From the NCBI RefSeq assembly GCF_003704095.1, contig NW_020844976.1, forward strand, positions 62,001 to 126,000: 64,000 nt of DNA, in the 5' to 3' direction. This DNA is from Pocillopora damicornis. Its lineage: Eukaryota. Under the pieces are notes generated by a model. That model was not told the origin of the DNA. It saw only the letters and a program-made list of their open reading frames with translations, and did no database searches. This document shows, piece after piece, positions 36,100-47,563 of this stretch (position 1 is its first letter; every line of letters begins with the position of its first letter). The position numbers and the translations under genes are program-made.

Positions 36100-38576
36100 A
36101 TACATATCATATATCTTTCATGAGCAAATGTAAACTCTAAAATTGAGACTTTCAACAACCCAAATCTACAAGCGTATTTAGCAGACACTTCAAGAGGTTT
36201 TACCATAGAGTTTGAACATCTCTAGGCTAATGGTATATTCAAAACTTCAATATCCAATATCAGGTCCACTGAATTTTATTTATGTGGTACAATTTAATAC
36301 AGTGGTATGTACTAATTATGTACATTGAACTCCACAGACTTTGATGATGCAAAATGCATCTCAGTTTGTTTCCCACCATATCTGTAATTCCATTTATTTT
36401 CAGGAAACTGGTGTAACAAAGCTTACATGAGACAAAAGAGGCTTAGAACATTTGATCCATCAAAGATGTCAGTTACATTTCTGTTTTACTCTGTCACAAT
36501 CTGAAATACTGCTTGTGGTCATTATGCAATTTTCAAGAAGCTATTTTATATGGACACCCCCTTTTCAGCACAAATTAGCAAGGGTTCTGCATGTGTCTGT
36601 TTAAAATGAGTTTCACTGTATCATGCATTTCACACTTTTATCATACACTTGTACCTCCTCTAGAAGACGACCCTCCACTCTCAGCTCCCATGAAGGAACA
36701 ATATTTTCTTCATCCTGGTGTACAAAAGAATGGTTTGAAGAGTTAGATACATTTATTGCTACTTGACTCTTTGATAATCATGCAGCAAATTCATGTTGGA
36801 GGACCAAAAATAAACCATTATATAGCAAAGTATTAGTGTTATGAACCAGATTTCATACTGTGCTATGAAAATGATGCATGCAAATTAAAGCCATTGCAAG
36901 GAAAATTAACAGCTAAGAAATAACAATGCAGCTTCTTTGCTGAGGATAGATTTTAAGATAACTTACTTCATTCTCTGGTCTCGGCACATAAAAGTTTGTA
37001 GTTAAGTAGATTCGCAACTTCTTCTTTTGCTGGAAAAAGGAAACAACAAAAACAAAATTCTCAGTACATTTATCATACTTACAATAATCCTAGTATAAGA
37101 CAAGCAATTTTAATCATTTTGATTATAATGCAGAGTCTATATTTTACTTTGAAACAAAAAAACCCTCCTACCTTCATTGGCCTTTTCAAAGCTTCTTGAA
37201 TGTCTAACCTCTTGCGCATTATGGTTGCATCCAGTTTCCGTTCAAAGGCAAGGAGGTCCATATATGCTTGTGATTCTGGTACAAGATCTCGCACCTGTCA
37301 TGAACACAAAGTTAGTCAACAAGATTTCTTAGCTCCCTTCAGTGACATAAGTTATACAATGACTTCACTTACTCTTTGAGGAAGGATCTTGTCAGCCATC
37401 TTCTTCTTTCTAAAAAGGAAATTATACATCAAGCTTGATTTAAATTTCCACTTTGTTGGAACTGTTAAAACATAAGGTAGTTTTCAGTTAACCCTGTGAC
37501 TCCCAGATATGAAACATTCTCCTTAATGTTGGCCATACAGTAATCACTTGTTACTGTGTGGAGAAGTTCTTTCTTTTTCACTCATGGGAGTTGAAACACC
37601 AAGCAATTCTTGCAAATTGAGTTGCTTTAGTTCAGACTCACTACAAACCTTCTCCTGTTCTTGGCATCCTGTCTCCGCCTTGCCTGCTCCAGTGCAGCAG
37701 CAGCACCTGGTACCAGTCCTGCCCGAGGCACATTAGGACCATAAGGATGTACTCCTGATGTGCCCTGCATGCGCATTGCCATGGCAGTATTTGAACTGCT
37801 GGCTGGACGCTGAAAAATCACGAAAGTGATTGAAACTAAACTCAACCATGCAAAATTCATTAAAAATATCACAGGCACATTCCAGGGCAAACATGGATAT
37901 TCAATTTATATTTTTTATCATGAATGTTGAGACCATAATATAAAGTATATGATATGCTAAATTATACATGCATTTTGATTGGTTCTTACTAATCATCTCT
38001 AGGAGGAGACACAGAGATGATGTCACCATCAAACACATGTTGCTTTTTATCAATATATCATTTAAACAAATAGATTTTAAGTAGCCTTGGATCTGTACAG
38101 TAATAGGTCACAGAAGACATCAAAATGTGGTAAGAACATCAGTGATAAACTCTATTACTGAACAGACTCTCGGCAACGTGGAATCTACTTGTAAGAAAAA
38201 GAAGTGGATTTGAACAACTTGAAAACTCATAATCGGAACTTATTTGTGCTACCATTCGTTGATTTTCAAAAAAATGTCCTCCAAAACTTGGTTTCCTTGT
38301 CATCGCTGCCGATCGGTAAAAGGGTTTCCTTATAACTTTCAGCAATCAACAGAAATCGTCAACGATCAAATGGAAACAAAGCTTTGGAAACAGACATGAT
38401 CGTCCTCGTGCTTGTTTCAGAAAGATTTTAATTCGTGTTTTATAGTCAATGTGATGTTATCGGTTTAAAGGAAAGCAAAAGGAATCAAATAGTAAAGAAC
38501 TCACCGAAATTCCATATGGTGATTGTTGGAACTGAGAGCGCTGATACATGGAGGACTGCTGCGGGTTATTTGCCAT
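32437..38576 (-). CDS. SMARCD1: SWI/SNF subunit SMARCD/BAF60 (SWIB domain), ~18 coding exons
   Basis: Exons include 38576-38505, 37809-37649, 37409-37373 ([12 protein letters not shown]), 37294-37172 ([41 protein letters not shown]), 37029-36967, 36714-36655 ([12 protein letters not shown]) and 35880-35770 ([28 protein letters not shown]). Later exons read [55 protein letters not shown], and finally [17 protein letters not shown] (32490-32437). Confidence 0.96.
33775..34130. mobile_element. Two tandem partial copies of the piggyBac-like MITE in a SMARCD intron
   Basis: Both end in TCTTGAGAATTAAAGG(A/G)TT(T)AA followed by a duplicated CCTACA..TAAAACTT flank (~33950 and ~34130). This implies a local duplication. 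Confidence 0.6.
36022..36096. repeat. (TA)n microsatellite
   Basis: Long ATATAT run in a SMARCD intron. It is absent at the paralogous position (~41830). Confidence 0.95.
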
Positions 38577-38607
38577 TTTCTGCATTGAAGCAGAAGCTGG
38601 AAAACGC

Positions 38608-38647
38608 GCCGCCATATTGAATGAAGAAAGTTACCCACAATGCAATG
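38608..38647. promoter_or_regulatory. SMARCD promoter motifs: YY1-like GCCGCCATATT and ZNF143/Staf-like TACCCACAATGCAATG
   Basis: They lie 30-70 bp upstream of the SMARCD ATG. The YY1-like motif has decayed to GCTGACATATT in copy 2 (~43300). Confidence 0.5.
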
Positions 38648-40469
38648 CAATTGAGGTAATCTTCACAATTAAGATACATTTACCTAGCTTTTAGTCCACA
38701 TTTATTGCAGCATAATTTGAATTGATTCAGCTGCGTAATTAACGCTCAACAACCTGAAATTTGACTATCGATTGTTCGACAGATAAAAAAAGCGGGAAAG
38801 TCTCTAAATAATTGTAGCGTCGAGACAGTGGGGGGTATTAAGGGGTTGATTTGGTTTTCTAACTGGATTGACAACGTAATTTAATTGGCCACCAAAGAGA
38901 GTTTCAAAAGCTCTTTGCAGTGGCAAATTAACATGATAATCTTAGTTGATAGAACAAATTTTCCGATTGTTTGGTCTCGCTTCTCTCTGCAAATCATTTG
39001 TGCTTTCAAATCCTAGATTATAAGACACTATAGGGCAAAGGCTCGAATTCCGTCAAAACTTGAAAATTTCAAGCTTCTTTTTAGCAATTCAATCAAATTC
39101 AGACCACCTCTGAGGATCGTTTCACTATTTGTTGTCTTACTGGTCTAAATTAAGTAGGATTTATTGCAGTTAAACACTATTTTTGATTAGATGATGTTAT
39201 TAGAAAAACCATGTCCATTGTCTATTAAAAAAAAACTTTCATCAATGATCAACAGAAATCGGAAGAACAATTGCTTGTAAAAGTTGGTATGTTATGGTGG
39301 AGGACTTAATTTCCAAATTTATTTTCGTTTTTGAATGTTTCAACATATTGTACTCATGCAGTATTGTGCAATAGTAATGCAAACAAAAATCGCCGAATTT
39401 TGTTGATTGTTCCTTCGAAAATTCATCGAACTTTCGTGCGAAAGTTCGTGAAGTTTCTCGCTTGCTCTTCGCGTCACTTCGTCGGAAGAAAGAGCGATGT
39501 TTCTTCGAATTTTCGTTACCGAGCAAAAGTTCGCTATGAAAAGCTTGGGAAATACAAAATAATTCTCAGCGCGACATGCTCGATCTTCAATTCATGTGCT
39601 AAGCACAAAACATGAGACTAAATGCTCTTGGCACGGAACTTCGGGTTTCGAACGCTCGTGCGAACTGCGTTCATCGTGTTTTGATTAGAGCTACGAAGCG
39701 ATTGACAAATTAAAATTTTAGATTACAGAAAGAAGGAGAATTCCAGAAATTATTTGGGAAGCGAGTGTGACAAATGTGTCCAACAAATTAAGGATAGCGT
39801 AAAACAGAAGGGTACATTGACTGGACGACGAAAGACATTGAATTTAGTTGGATAAAATCCTGTACGAAATGTTTCTCGTGCAGAGATTCATGGAACTTTT
39901 TTGAGTAGTTATTGAGCTTTTAGATGTTCCCAAGTTCATGGAAATAGTTCTTGCTCTTTTTAAAATTTGTTTCAATGTAATCAACACCGCCTATGCAAAT
40001 GCCAGATATCGGCGATTTTATACGCTGATCGCGACGATCGGCGAATAAAATCGCCAGGTGTATCGCCAGTTTTATCACCAGTTTTAGCCCACCTTCGTTC
40101 TCACGTGGTCGACAAAGTCACGCTTGTCTCTCTTTTCTTCGAGTTGAAATTTGAAGTTACGAGCTTTGCATCGTTTTGCAGTGGTTAATGCGGTCTCATT
40201 CCTTAGTTTGACTTAAATATTTCTGAATAACATCTACAGTTTTTCCACTCTTTGAGTTAATTTCTAAGACGCGACCTTTGAAGCCGTGGCGTCACGGCGT
40301 CAAGTGCTAGCGACTGATTCTTATGATTCTGGAAGTGTAAGGATAAACACACGTATTTCTTTTTCCACACTCACTTTTTTGTAATCGAAAGCATTTATTT
40401 CACAAGAATACGAGAGATAAGTTTCCCAAGTAAGGTATGTCTTGCAGTAAGATATTTCTGGCCGCTTTG

Positions 40470-40573
40470 TAGCGTGCGTGTAGCCCGTACCCTCCCCCCA
40501 AGGTGAAACGGAAGCGAGGGCACTCCTTCCCCTCGCCTCCGTTTCAGGGGAGGGTATGGCTACACGTAGGCTA
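40470..40573. mobile_element. ~100-bp palindromic MITE
   Basis: TAGCGTGCGTGTAGCCCGTACCCTCCCC...TGAAACGGAAGCGAGGG pairs with CCCTCGCCTCCGTTTCAGGGGAGGGTATGGCTACACGTAGGCTA. TA ends. Confidence 0.7.
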
Positions 40574-41610
40574 ACCGATTTGCTTTCGAACTCGACCCGA
40601 TCTATTGTTTAATTCATCGCCACCGTAGTTCAACGTCCTTCCAAACAAATATTTGTATGTATGCTCTCCTATTAAAAATTTCTTGGTTTAGTGTTTTTGT
40701 GTTCCATGCATATGCATTACCAGTGCGCATTTTTTACACTCAACGGTGCATTGTTTTACTTTAAATTTACTAAACATTGTCAAATATATTGCATGTGATT
40801 CATGCAAAAAGCTGGTTATGGCTTTGACTTGCTACTTGACACTATTTTGTTAGGACTTATACACAAGTTTTCTATCACAATTTTTAAACAAAATTTTTCC
40901 AGCTACCAGAGTTTTACTTCTTTTTATACACTACTTTTTTATATACTACTTTTAATACACTGTATTATTAAGATATTTATAGTACCCTACTTGACTTTTT
41001 ATGGTTATTAAGATATAGATATTTTAAGCATATTTATGAGATATGAAGTGATGTCAAACATCATTCATTTCTCATTGTTTATTGTGTTCCATGCATAATA
41101 TACCCATTACCAATAAATATTTTTTATAATCTATGGTCCATTGTTTTAATTTGCTAAACATTGTCAAATATATCATGGGTGATTCATGCATAAAGCTGGT
41201 TATGACTTTGACTTGCTACAAACTATTGAGTGTAAAACACTTAATTAACAACTGGTAAATAGTAAATGTAGCTGTAATCAGTTATCAAATTAGCCATTAA
41301 AAATAGTTTATATTTGGTGATAAGTGACAATTCAGAATTAATTTTCACACATCTTAATTATAAGTGCATGTATATTTTTTTCTATAAGAAGACATACAGG
41401 AAAAGAAGTCTACCATTCTCCAAATCTCAAAACCAACCCGTTGACAACTTGGTCTAAAAATCCAAGTCTGGCCAGGTTCATTTTCCTTGCCAACCACTGT
41501 TGATAAGGAAAATACATCCTACAATTCACTAATTTCCAAACAATCATTAATCTGCCATCAAATCCTTTAAATCTTCCTTCTTTGTGGTCAGTTGTCCATA
41601 AAGAAAATAA

Positions 41611-43340
41611 AACTCCCTGTCCAACTCTATCACAAGTCTCTTGAAATATGTTGAGAACTTTTGTTTCTGTCTTGGACCATCAGTCTTAAAAGCCTGCATC
41701 TGTGTGCATGGAACAAAACCATTTTAGTAAATTCAGGCAAACATTTACTTTGTACAGTGAAACCTGTATAAAACACACACCAACTTGCTACCCAGAATTA
41801 ACATTCTAAATTTTTCCAGAAAACCAACCTATATTCAGTAGACATCTTTGATGAGCTAATGTAAACTCTAAAATCCAACAACCCAAATCTACAGGCATAT
41901 TAGGCAGACACTTGAAGAGGTTTCACTTAAGAGTTTGAACATCTCTCAGTTAACAGTGTATTCAAAACTTCAATATTCAAACTCAGGTCCACTGATCTTC
42001 ATTTACGTGATACAAGTTAATATAGTGGTATGTATTAATGAAGTACATTGAACTCCAGACTTTGACAGTGCTAAATGTATCTTAATTTGTTTCACACTAT
42101 ATCTTTAATTGCATTTCATTTCAGGAAACTGGGGTAACAGAGCTTACATAGGACAAAAAAGGCTTAGAACATTTGATCCATCAAAGATGTGAATTAAATT
42201 TCTGTTTTACTCTGTCACAATCTGAAATACTGCTTGTGATCATTATGCAATTTACTAGAAGCTGTTTCATATGGACACCCCCTTTTCAGCACAAATTAGC
42301 AAGGGTTCTGCATGTGTCCGTTTAAATGAGTTTCACTGTATCATGCATTTCACACTTTTATCATACACTTGTACCTCATCTAGAAGATGACCCTCCATTC
42401 TCAGCTTCCATGAAGGAACAATATTTTTTTCATCCTGGTGTACAAAAGAATGGTTTGAAGAGTTAGATACATTTATTGCTACTTGACTCTTTGATATTCA
42501 TGCAGCAAATTCATGTTAGAGTACCAGAAATAAACCATCATAGCAAAGTATCTGTGTTATGATGTAGATTTCATGCTGTGCTATGAAAATGATGCATGCA
42601 AATTAATCCCATTGTAAGGAAAATTAACAGCTAAGAAACACCATCACAACTTCTTCACTGAGGATAGGTTTTAAGATATCTTACTTCATTCTCTGGTCTC
42701 GGCAGATAAAAGTTTGTAGTTAAGTAGATTCTCATTTTCTTCTTTTGCTGGAAAAAGGAAACAACAAAAACAAAATTTTCAGTACATTTATCATACTAAT
42801 GATAATCCTCATATAAGACAAGTAATTATAATTATTTTGATTATAATGCATTATAAGGATGTATTCCTTATGTGCCCTGTGTGTGCATTGACATGGCAGC
42901 ATTTGAACTGCTGGCTGGACACTGAAAAATCACAAAAGAGATTGAAAACTAAGCTCAATCATGCAAAATTCATTGAAAATATCACAAGCACATTCCAGGG
43001 CAAACACAAGAGATTTAATTTTTTTTTCTATAAAATAAATTAAAATGTTGAGATCATAATGTCTAATATATGATAAGCTGAATTATACAAGCATTTTGAT
43101 TGGTTCTTACTTATCATCTATAGGAGGACAGACGTAGAGATGATGTCACCATCAAACATGTTGCTTTTTATCATATAAAACAAAATATTTTTTATGTTGC
43201 CTTGGTTCTGTATAATAATAGATCACAGAAGACATCAAAATATGGTAAGAACATCGGTGACAAACTCTGCTGCGCCTCGTGAGCAGAAGTTGAAAAACGC
43301 GCTGACATATTGGATGAAAATTTACCCATAATGCAATGCT
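41611..43340 (-). pseudogene. SMARCD partial duplicate pseudogene (remnants of exons 2, 5, 6 and 7; exons 1, 3 and 4 deleted; 3' half absent)
   Basis: The exon 6 copy reads DEKNIVPSWKLRMEGHLLDE versus [20 protein letters not shown]: 5 substitutions, all non-synonymous. Deletions correspond to ~37130-37745 and ~38155-38590. Confidence 0.9.
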
Positions 43341-43425
43341 ACAGGTTGTTTCCTGATCTTTCGTCAGTTCCAACTCGGGTAACTTCGGAAAGATCCGGTC
43401 AATAGATAGACATGCGTTCGGGATT

Positions 43426-43455
43426 CCGGAAGAAAGCGGAAGTGACATATAAAAA
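43426..43455 (+). promoter_or_regulatory. Core promoter of the VOPP1-like gene: paired ETS sites and a TATA box
   Basis: CCGGAAG AAA GCGGAAGTG ACA TATAAAAA, about 90 bp upstream of ATG 43544. Confidence 0.6.
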
Positions 43456-43543
43456 TATCCTCTTACGTGCGTCTAAGTGAGTGGTAACATTCCTGTCTTG
43501 TCCCGTACAAGAGCGTTCGCAAGTTTGCTGTTGGCTTGACATT

Positions 43544-45781
43544 ATGAAGATCGCTTTCGTTTGTCTTATATTTCTGACAGTTTTCATTGAGGTAATCTTC
43601 ACAATTAAGATACATTTACCTAGCTTTTAGTTCACACTTATTGCAGCATGATTTGAATTTGTTCAGCTGCGTAATTAGGGACCTAAAGCAGTCAGGACGG
43701 CAACGCTGAGAAGGACTTGGATTAAAAAAATGAATTTCTGCCTTTAATTAGAAGGTAAAATTTCCGCACAGCCCCATACTACATTATGAATTCAGTTCTT
43801 GAATAGAGAAAACAATGACAAAAACAATACATTTCCATTGGGAAAACAGATTTGTTTTACAATAGTATGGGGCTGTGCGGAAACTTTACCAATTAGAATT
43901 TCAAAAATGGCTGCATGTGTTTACCGTCTCATACGGCGCCAGTCCTCGTTGCCGTCGTCGTCGTGGTTTGCTCAAGATCGCTAATAGCGCCCAACAACCT
44001 GAAATTTAACTATCGATTGTTCGACAGATGACTAGAGCGGGCAAATTTCTAAAGAAATTGTAGCGACGAGACTGTAGGGGGTATTACAAGACAATTTGGT
44101 TTTTCAACCGGGTTGACAATGAAATTTAAATGGCCACCATAGAAAGTTTTAAAAGCTCTTTGCGGTGGCTAATTTACATGATCATTTCAGTTGATAAAAC
44201 AAAATTTTCGATTGTTTGGTCTCGCTTCTCTCTGCAAATCATTCTAGATTATAAGAGACTATAGGGCAAAGATTCGAATCCCAACAAAGCCTGAATGTTT
44301 TCAAGCTTCTTTTTAGCAATTCAATTATAATACAGACCACCTGTGAGGCTTGTTTCGCTATTTGTTGTCTTTCTGGTCAAAATTGAGTGGGATTTGTCAC
44401 CTAAACACTATTTTTGATTAGATGATGTTATTAGAAAAACCGTATACATTGTCTATTGAAAAAACTTTTAGCAATGATCAACAGAAATCTGAAGAACAAT
44501 TGCTTGTAAAAGTTTTGTATGTTATGGTGGAGGATTTAATTTCCAAAATTATTTTCGTTTTTGAATGTTTCAACATGTTGTACTTATATTCATGATTCTG
44601 GTCATCATCATATAATCATTAACATCATCATCATTATAATAAATAGTTAAGATTATTCTTGATGTTATCACCATTATTAGTATAATAAATGTTATTATTA
44701 CACATAATATTCTCATTTCATTGACATTGAAGTCCAATCTCACAAGAAAATGTTCTTAAATGATTTTGTATCAGTCCAATGGCCTCAGATGTTCATACTC
44801 AAGGTACAGGGGTGGCAGGTACACCACTACCTATTACAGGTGGGCAATGTTTAATTTTTTTCACATTATTTGTAAACTTTAAAAGAAATAAAGTAATGTG
44901 ATATGCTTTGATGTTTTGTTTCTATTTATTTGTTTATTTCAAAAGTGAAAATATGAGTCAATGTGAATATGGATAACTCCTATTTGCTGCTATTTTTTTC
45001 ACATAGTTGAAAACACTTGATGTTTTATTTGTCAGTCAAAGACCTTTAACAACAGCATTTCTGTTCTTCTTTTAGATAACTAAAACTGACTAAATTGGGA
45101 AGAAACATGTAAATTAGTGACATTTACATAATGTGCTAGCATTCATGATGATCTTTTGCATTTTGCTGTGAATTAATTTTTTTTTCAATTTTTGCTCCAT
45201 AGCTGTGCTAACAATGAATACTGTTGTGGATCTCGAAGTTGTTGTACATATGTTTATACAAGATGGTACCTCTGGTAAGTGCAAATCAAAATTATTCTGA
45301 ACCTACCTCATTGCATAATTTCTTTGACAAAATGATGAACAGGATGAACCTGACAACATTTTTCCAGGTTGTCTTGTAGATAAAGTTAGTTCACATTTTC
45401 ATTAAAATAAGACATTTTGCATATTGCTCAATTCCTAATAATTTGTTTTCAATTCAAAGGACGGGCATTGTGGCCACTTTTGTGATTAGTTTTATCATTT
45501 GGTGGTACTATCGCTATCGCTATCGTCGCGCACATCAAGTAGTTGTAGCCCAGGTCCGACCCTCTCAGGCTGTGCATACCACAGTCACTGAGAGTGTGAT
45601 GAGGGTACCTGCTGCCTACCCTGTGTACCCCCCACCAGGTCAAGCCACATTCATGCCAGGCACAGGGAATACCCAGTATACAGCATACCCACCACAAGTT
45701 TATGCTTATCAGGATCCACCACCACCATACACAAGTGCTCCTATGGTGAAACAAGGTGCTTTTGTGAGCACTTCTTCTTAG
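43544..45781 (+). CDS. VOPP1/WBP1-like (Shisa-like) single-pass membrane protein with PPxY motif, 4 exons, 168 aa
   Basis: Exons 43544-43591, 44775-44839, 45203-45274, 45460-45781 join in frame. Signal peptide MKIAFVCLIFLTVFIESNG, six-Cys domain LRCSYSRYRGGRYTTTYYSCANNEYCCGSRSCC, WYLW plus a TM helix, a basic stop-transfer segment, and a Pro/Tyr-rich tail with DPPPPY. Confidence 0.87.
43678..43981. mobile_element. PIF/Harbinger-like MITE in VOPP1-like intron 1
   Basis: TTA|GGGACCTAAAGCA...GACGGCAACG ... CGTTGCCGTC...TGCTCAAGATCGC|TAA. The empty site is visible in copy 1 at ~38740 (GCGTAATTAACGCTCAAC). Confidence 0.75.
43754..43890. mobile_element. Nested 137-bp MITE with 28-bp TIRs and an 8-bp TSD
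   Basis: TIRs GGTAAAATTTCCGCACAGCCCCATACTA / TAGTATGGGGCTGTGCGGAAACTTTACC. TSD AATTAGAA at 43746-43753 and 43891-43898. Confidence 0.9.
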
Positions 45782-47563
45782 CTTAGTCATTCAAGGCTCA
45801 GAGCTTAAACATGTTTTAGCTGCAGTGGTGAATAAGAAAAAAAATAGCAATTACATTTGTAGCAAAAGTTGCCAATTTGGCAACCTGCTGGTCTTGAAGT
45901 AAGTTGTGACATTTTTGTCGCTTAAAGTTGAGTAACTTTGTAATGTCATATTGCATAAAATGTCCCTTTTTCATTTTTTGTTTTCTGAGAGAAGTTAGCA
46001 AGGGTATTGTTTTAGCAAGAAAAGTTTGGTGATCCTGATGATGGTCACTATTTTGTTAAGACTTATACACAAGTTTTTTAGCGCAATTTTTTTAACAAAA
46101 TTTTTCCAGCTACCAGAATGTTACTTAAGACTTATTGTATCATATGTTTACTTTCATAAAAGATGAGCCTAGAGCCCAATTATAATTCTTTGGATGAATC
46201 CTTAGCTGGGAACCATTAACCTCTCAAGTCATGGGTATCATTAGTGCATAACTTACTCAGTATCTCACCCTACAAACTGATGACAAGAAAACAAAAATCA
46301 CACATACCTACCCTTTGGAGATGCAATAAGGCAAACTTATACATTTCGGCAGGAATTTTAGGAGTGCAAATGAGTGAAGTCTCAAAAACTACAGTGCGAA
46401 TCCCAAAGGGGGACAGGGTTGATATTTTCCTAGCATCTTGAAAATTAGTCTTGTCATATCAGTTCACTGATGGATGATTTTCTACTCACTAAGAATAGAT
46501 TTTTTAACACACTGTATTATTTAGATGTTTATAGTAACCTTCTTAGAAGGTGTTAGATTATTTCTGACATTAAGATATAGATATTTTAGGCACATTTATG
46601 AGATATGAAGTGATGTCAAACATCATTCATTTTTCATCTATAGTGATCCATGTATATGCATTACCACTAAGCATTTTTAACACTCAGTGATGCATTGCTT
46701 TACTTTAAATTTACTTAACTTTGTCAAATACATTGTAAGTGATTCATGCAAAAAGTTGGTTATTACTTTGACTTGCTTCAAACTGCTGAGTGTAACACAC
46801 TTAACTAAACAACCAATAAATAGTGTGCATAGCTGTAATCAGTTATCAAATTAGCCATTAATAATAGTTGATTTTTTGTGACAAGTGATGATTCAGAACT
46901 AATTTTCACTTGTTATATTTATAAGTACATGTATATCTTTTTTATAGAAAGACATTGTGGGAAGAGAAGTCTACCATTCTCCAAATCTCAAAACCAACCC
47001 TTTGACAACTTGAGAAAAGAACTGCATTCCTTTTCAGTGTCTAAAAATTCAAGTCTGGCCAGGTTCATTTTCCTTGCCAACCACTGTTGATGGGGACAAT
47101 ACTTCCTACCATTCACTTATTTCCAAACAATCATTAATCTGCCATCAAATCCTTTCAATCTTCCTTCTTTGTGGTCAGTAGTCCACAAAGCTCCCATGCA
47201 TCTCCTCCCATCTGCCCCTATCTTTAGCAACTGGACACAACTCCTCTCATGCATCCATCTCTGAGAGTCCCTCTTTTTACAAAATCTCTGCCACTATGTT
47301 TTCCTAGGGCTTGTGACCTTTATTTTCACAACAGATACCATGCTGGGGCTGAGAAACAGTGGTACTTCTTTTGTAAATAAAGTAACCACCTCCACCATCT
47401 ATTCATCACCATCACTCAGACAAACAGTCACTTTTATCTCCACGAGTAGATTAAATTACCACAACATCCCAAACTAATTTTACTGACGATACTCTTCATC
47501 TGTACTAAAGTAACAAGTGAGCCAAAGGAAAAAGTTTTATCATGAGATGTCAAGAGCTAAGAA

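Larger units (their letters stand above)
35798..41603. repeat. Tandem segmental duplication, copy 1 (functional SMARCD 5' half; VOPP1-like gene lost)
   Basis: 35798-39355 aligns with gaps to 41611-44585, and 40695-41603 aligns to 46047-47183. Confidence 0.9.
41611..47183. repeat. Tandem segmental duplication, copy 2 (SMARCD pseudogene plus intact VOPP1-like gene)
   Basis: The junction at ~41603-41611 joins sequence matching 47170-47183 (TGTGGTCAGT(T/A)GTCCA(T/C)AAAG) to sequence matching 35798 (AACTCCCTGTCCAACTC). Confidence 0.9.

Noticed and set aside
35942-36133. ORF with an (IY)n run
   Set aside because: It is a translation of the (TA)n microsatellite.
41611-43340. Possible functional truncated SMARCD isoform or second gene
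   Set aside because: The start exon and exons 3-4 are deleted, exon 7 is cut at the junction, and the exon 6 substitutions are all non-synonymous, as expected for neutral decay.
35798-47183. Duplication as an uncollapsed-haplotype assembly artefact
   Set aside because: The copies differ by many substitutions, copy-specific MITEs and complementary gene-inactivating deletions, which is hard to explain as alleles. Read-level confirmation is still advisable.
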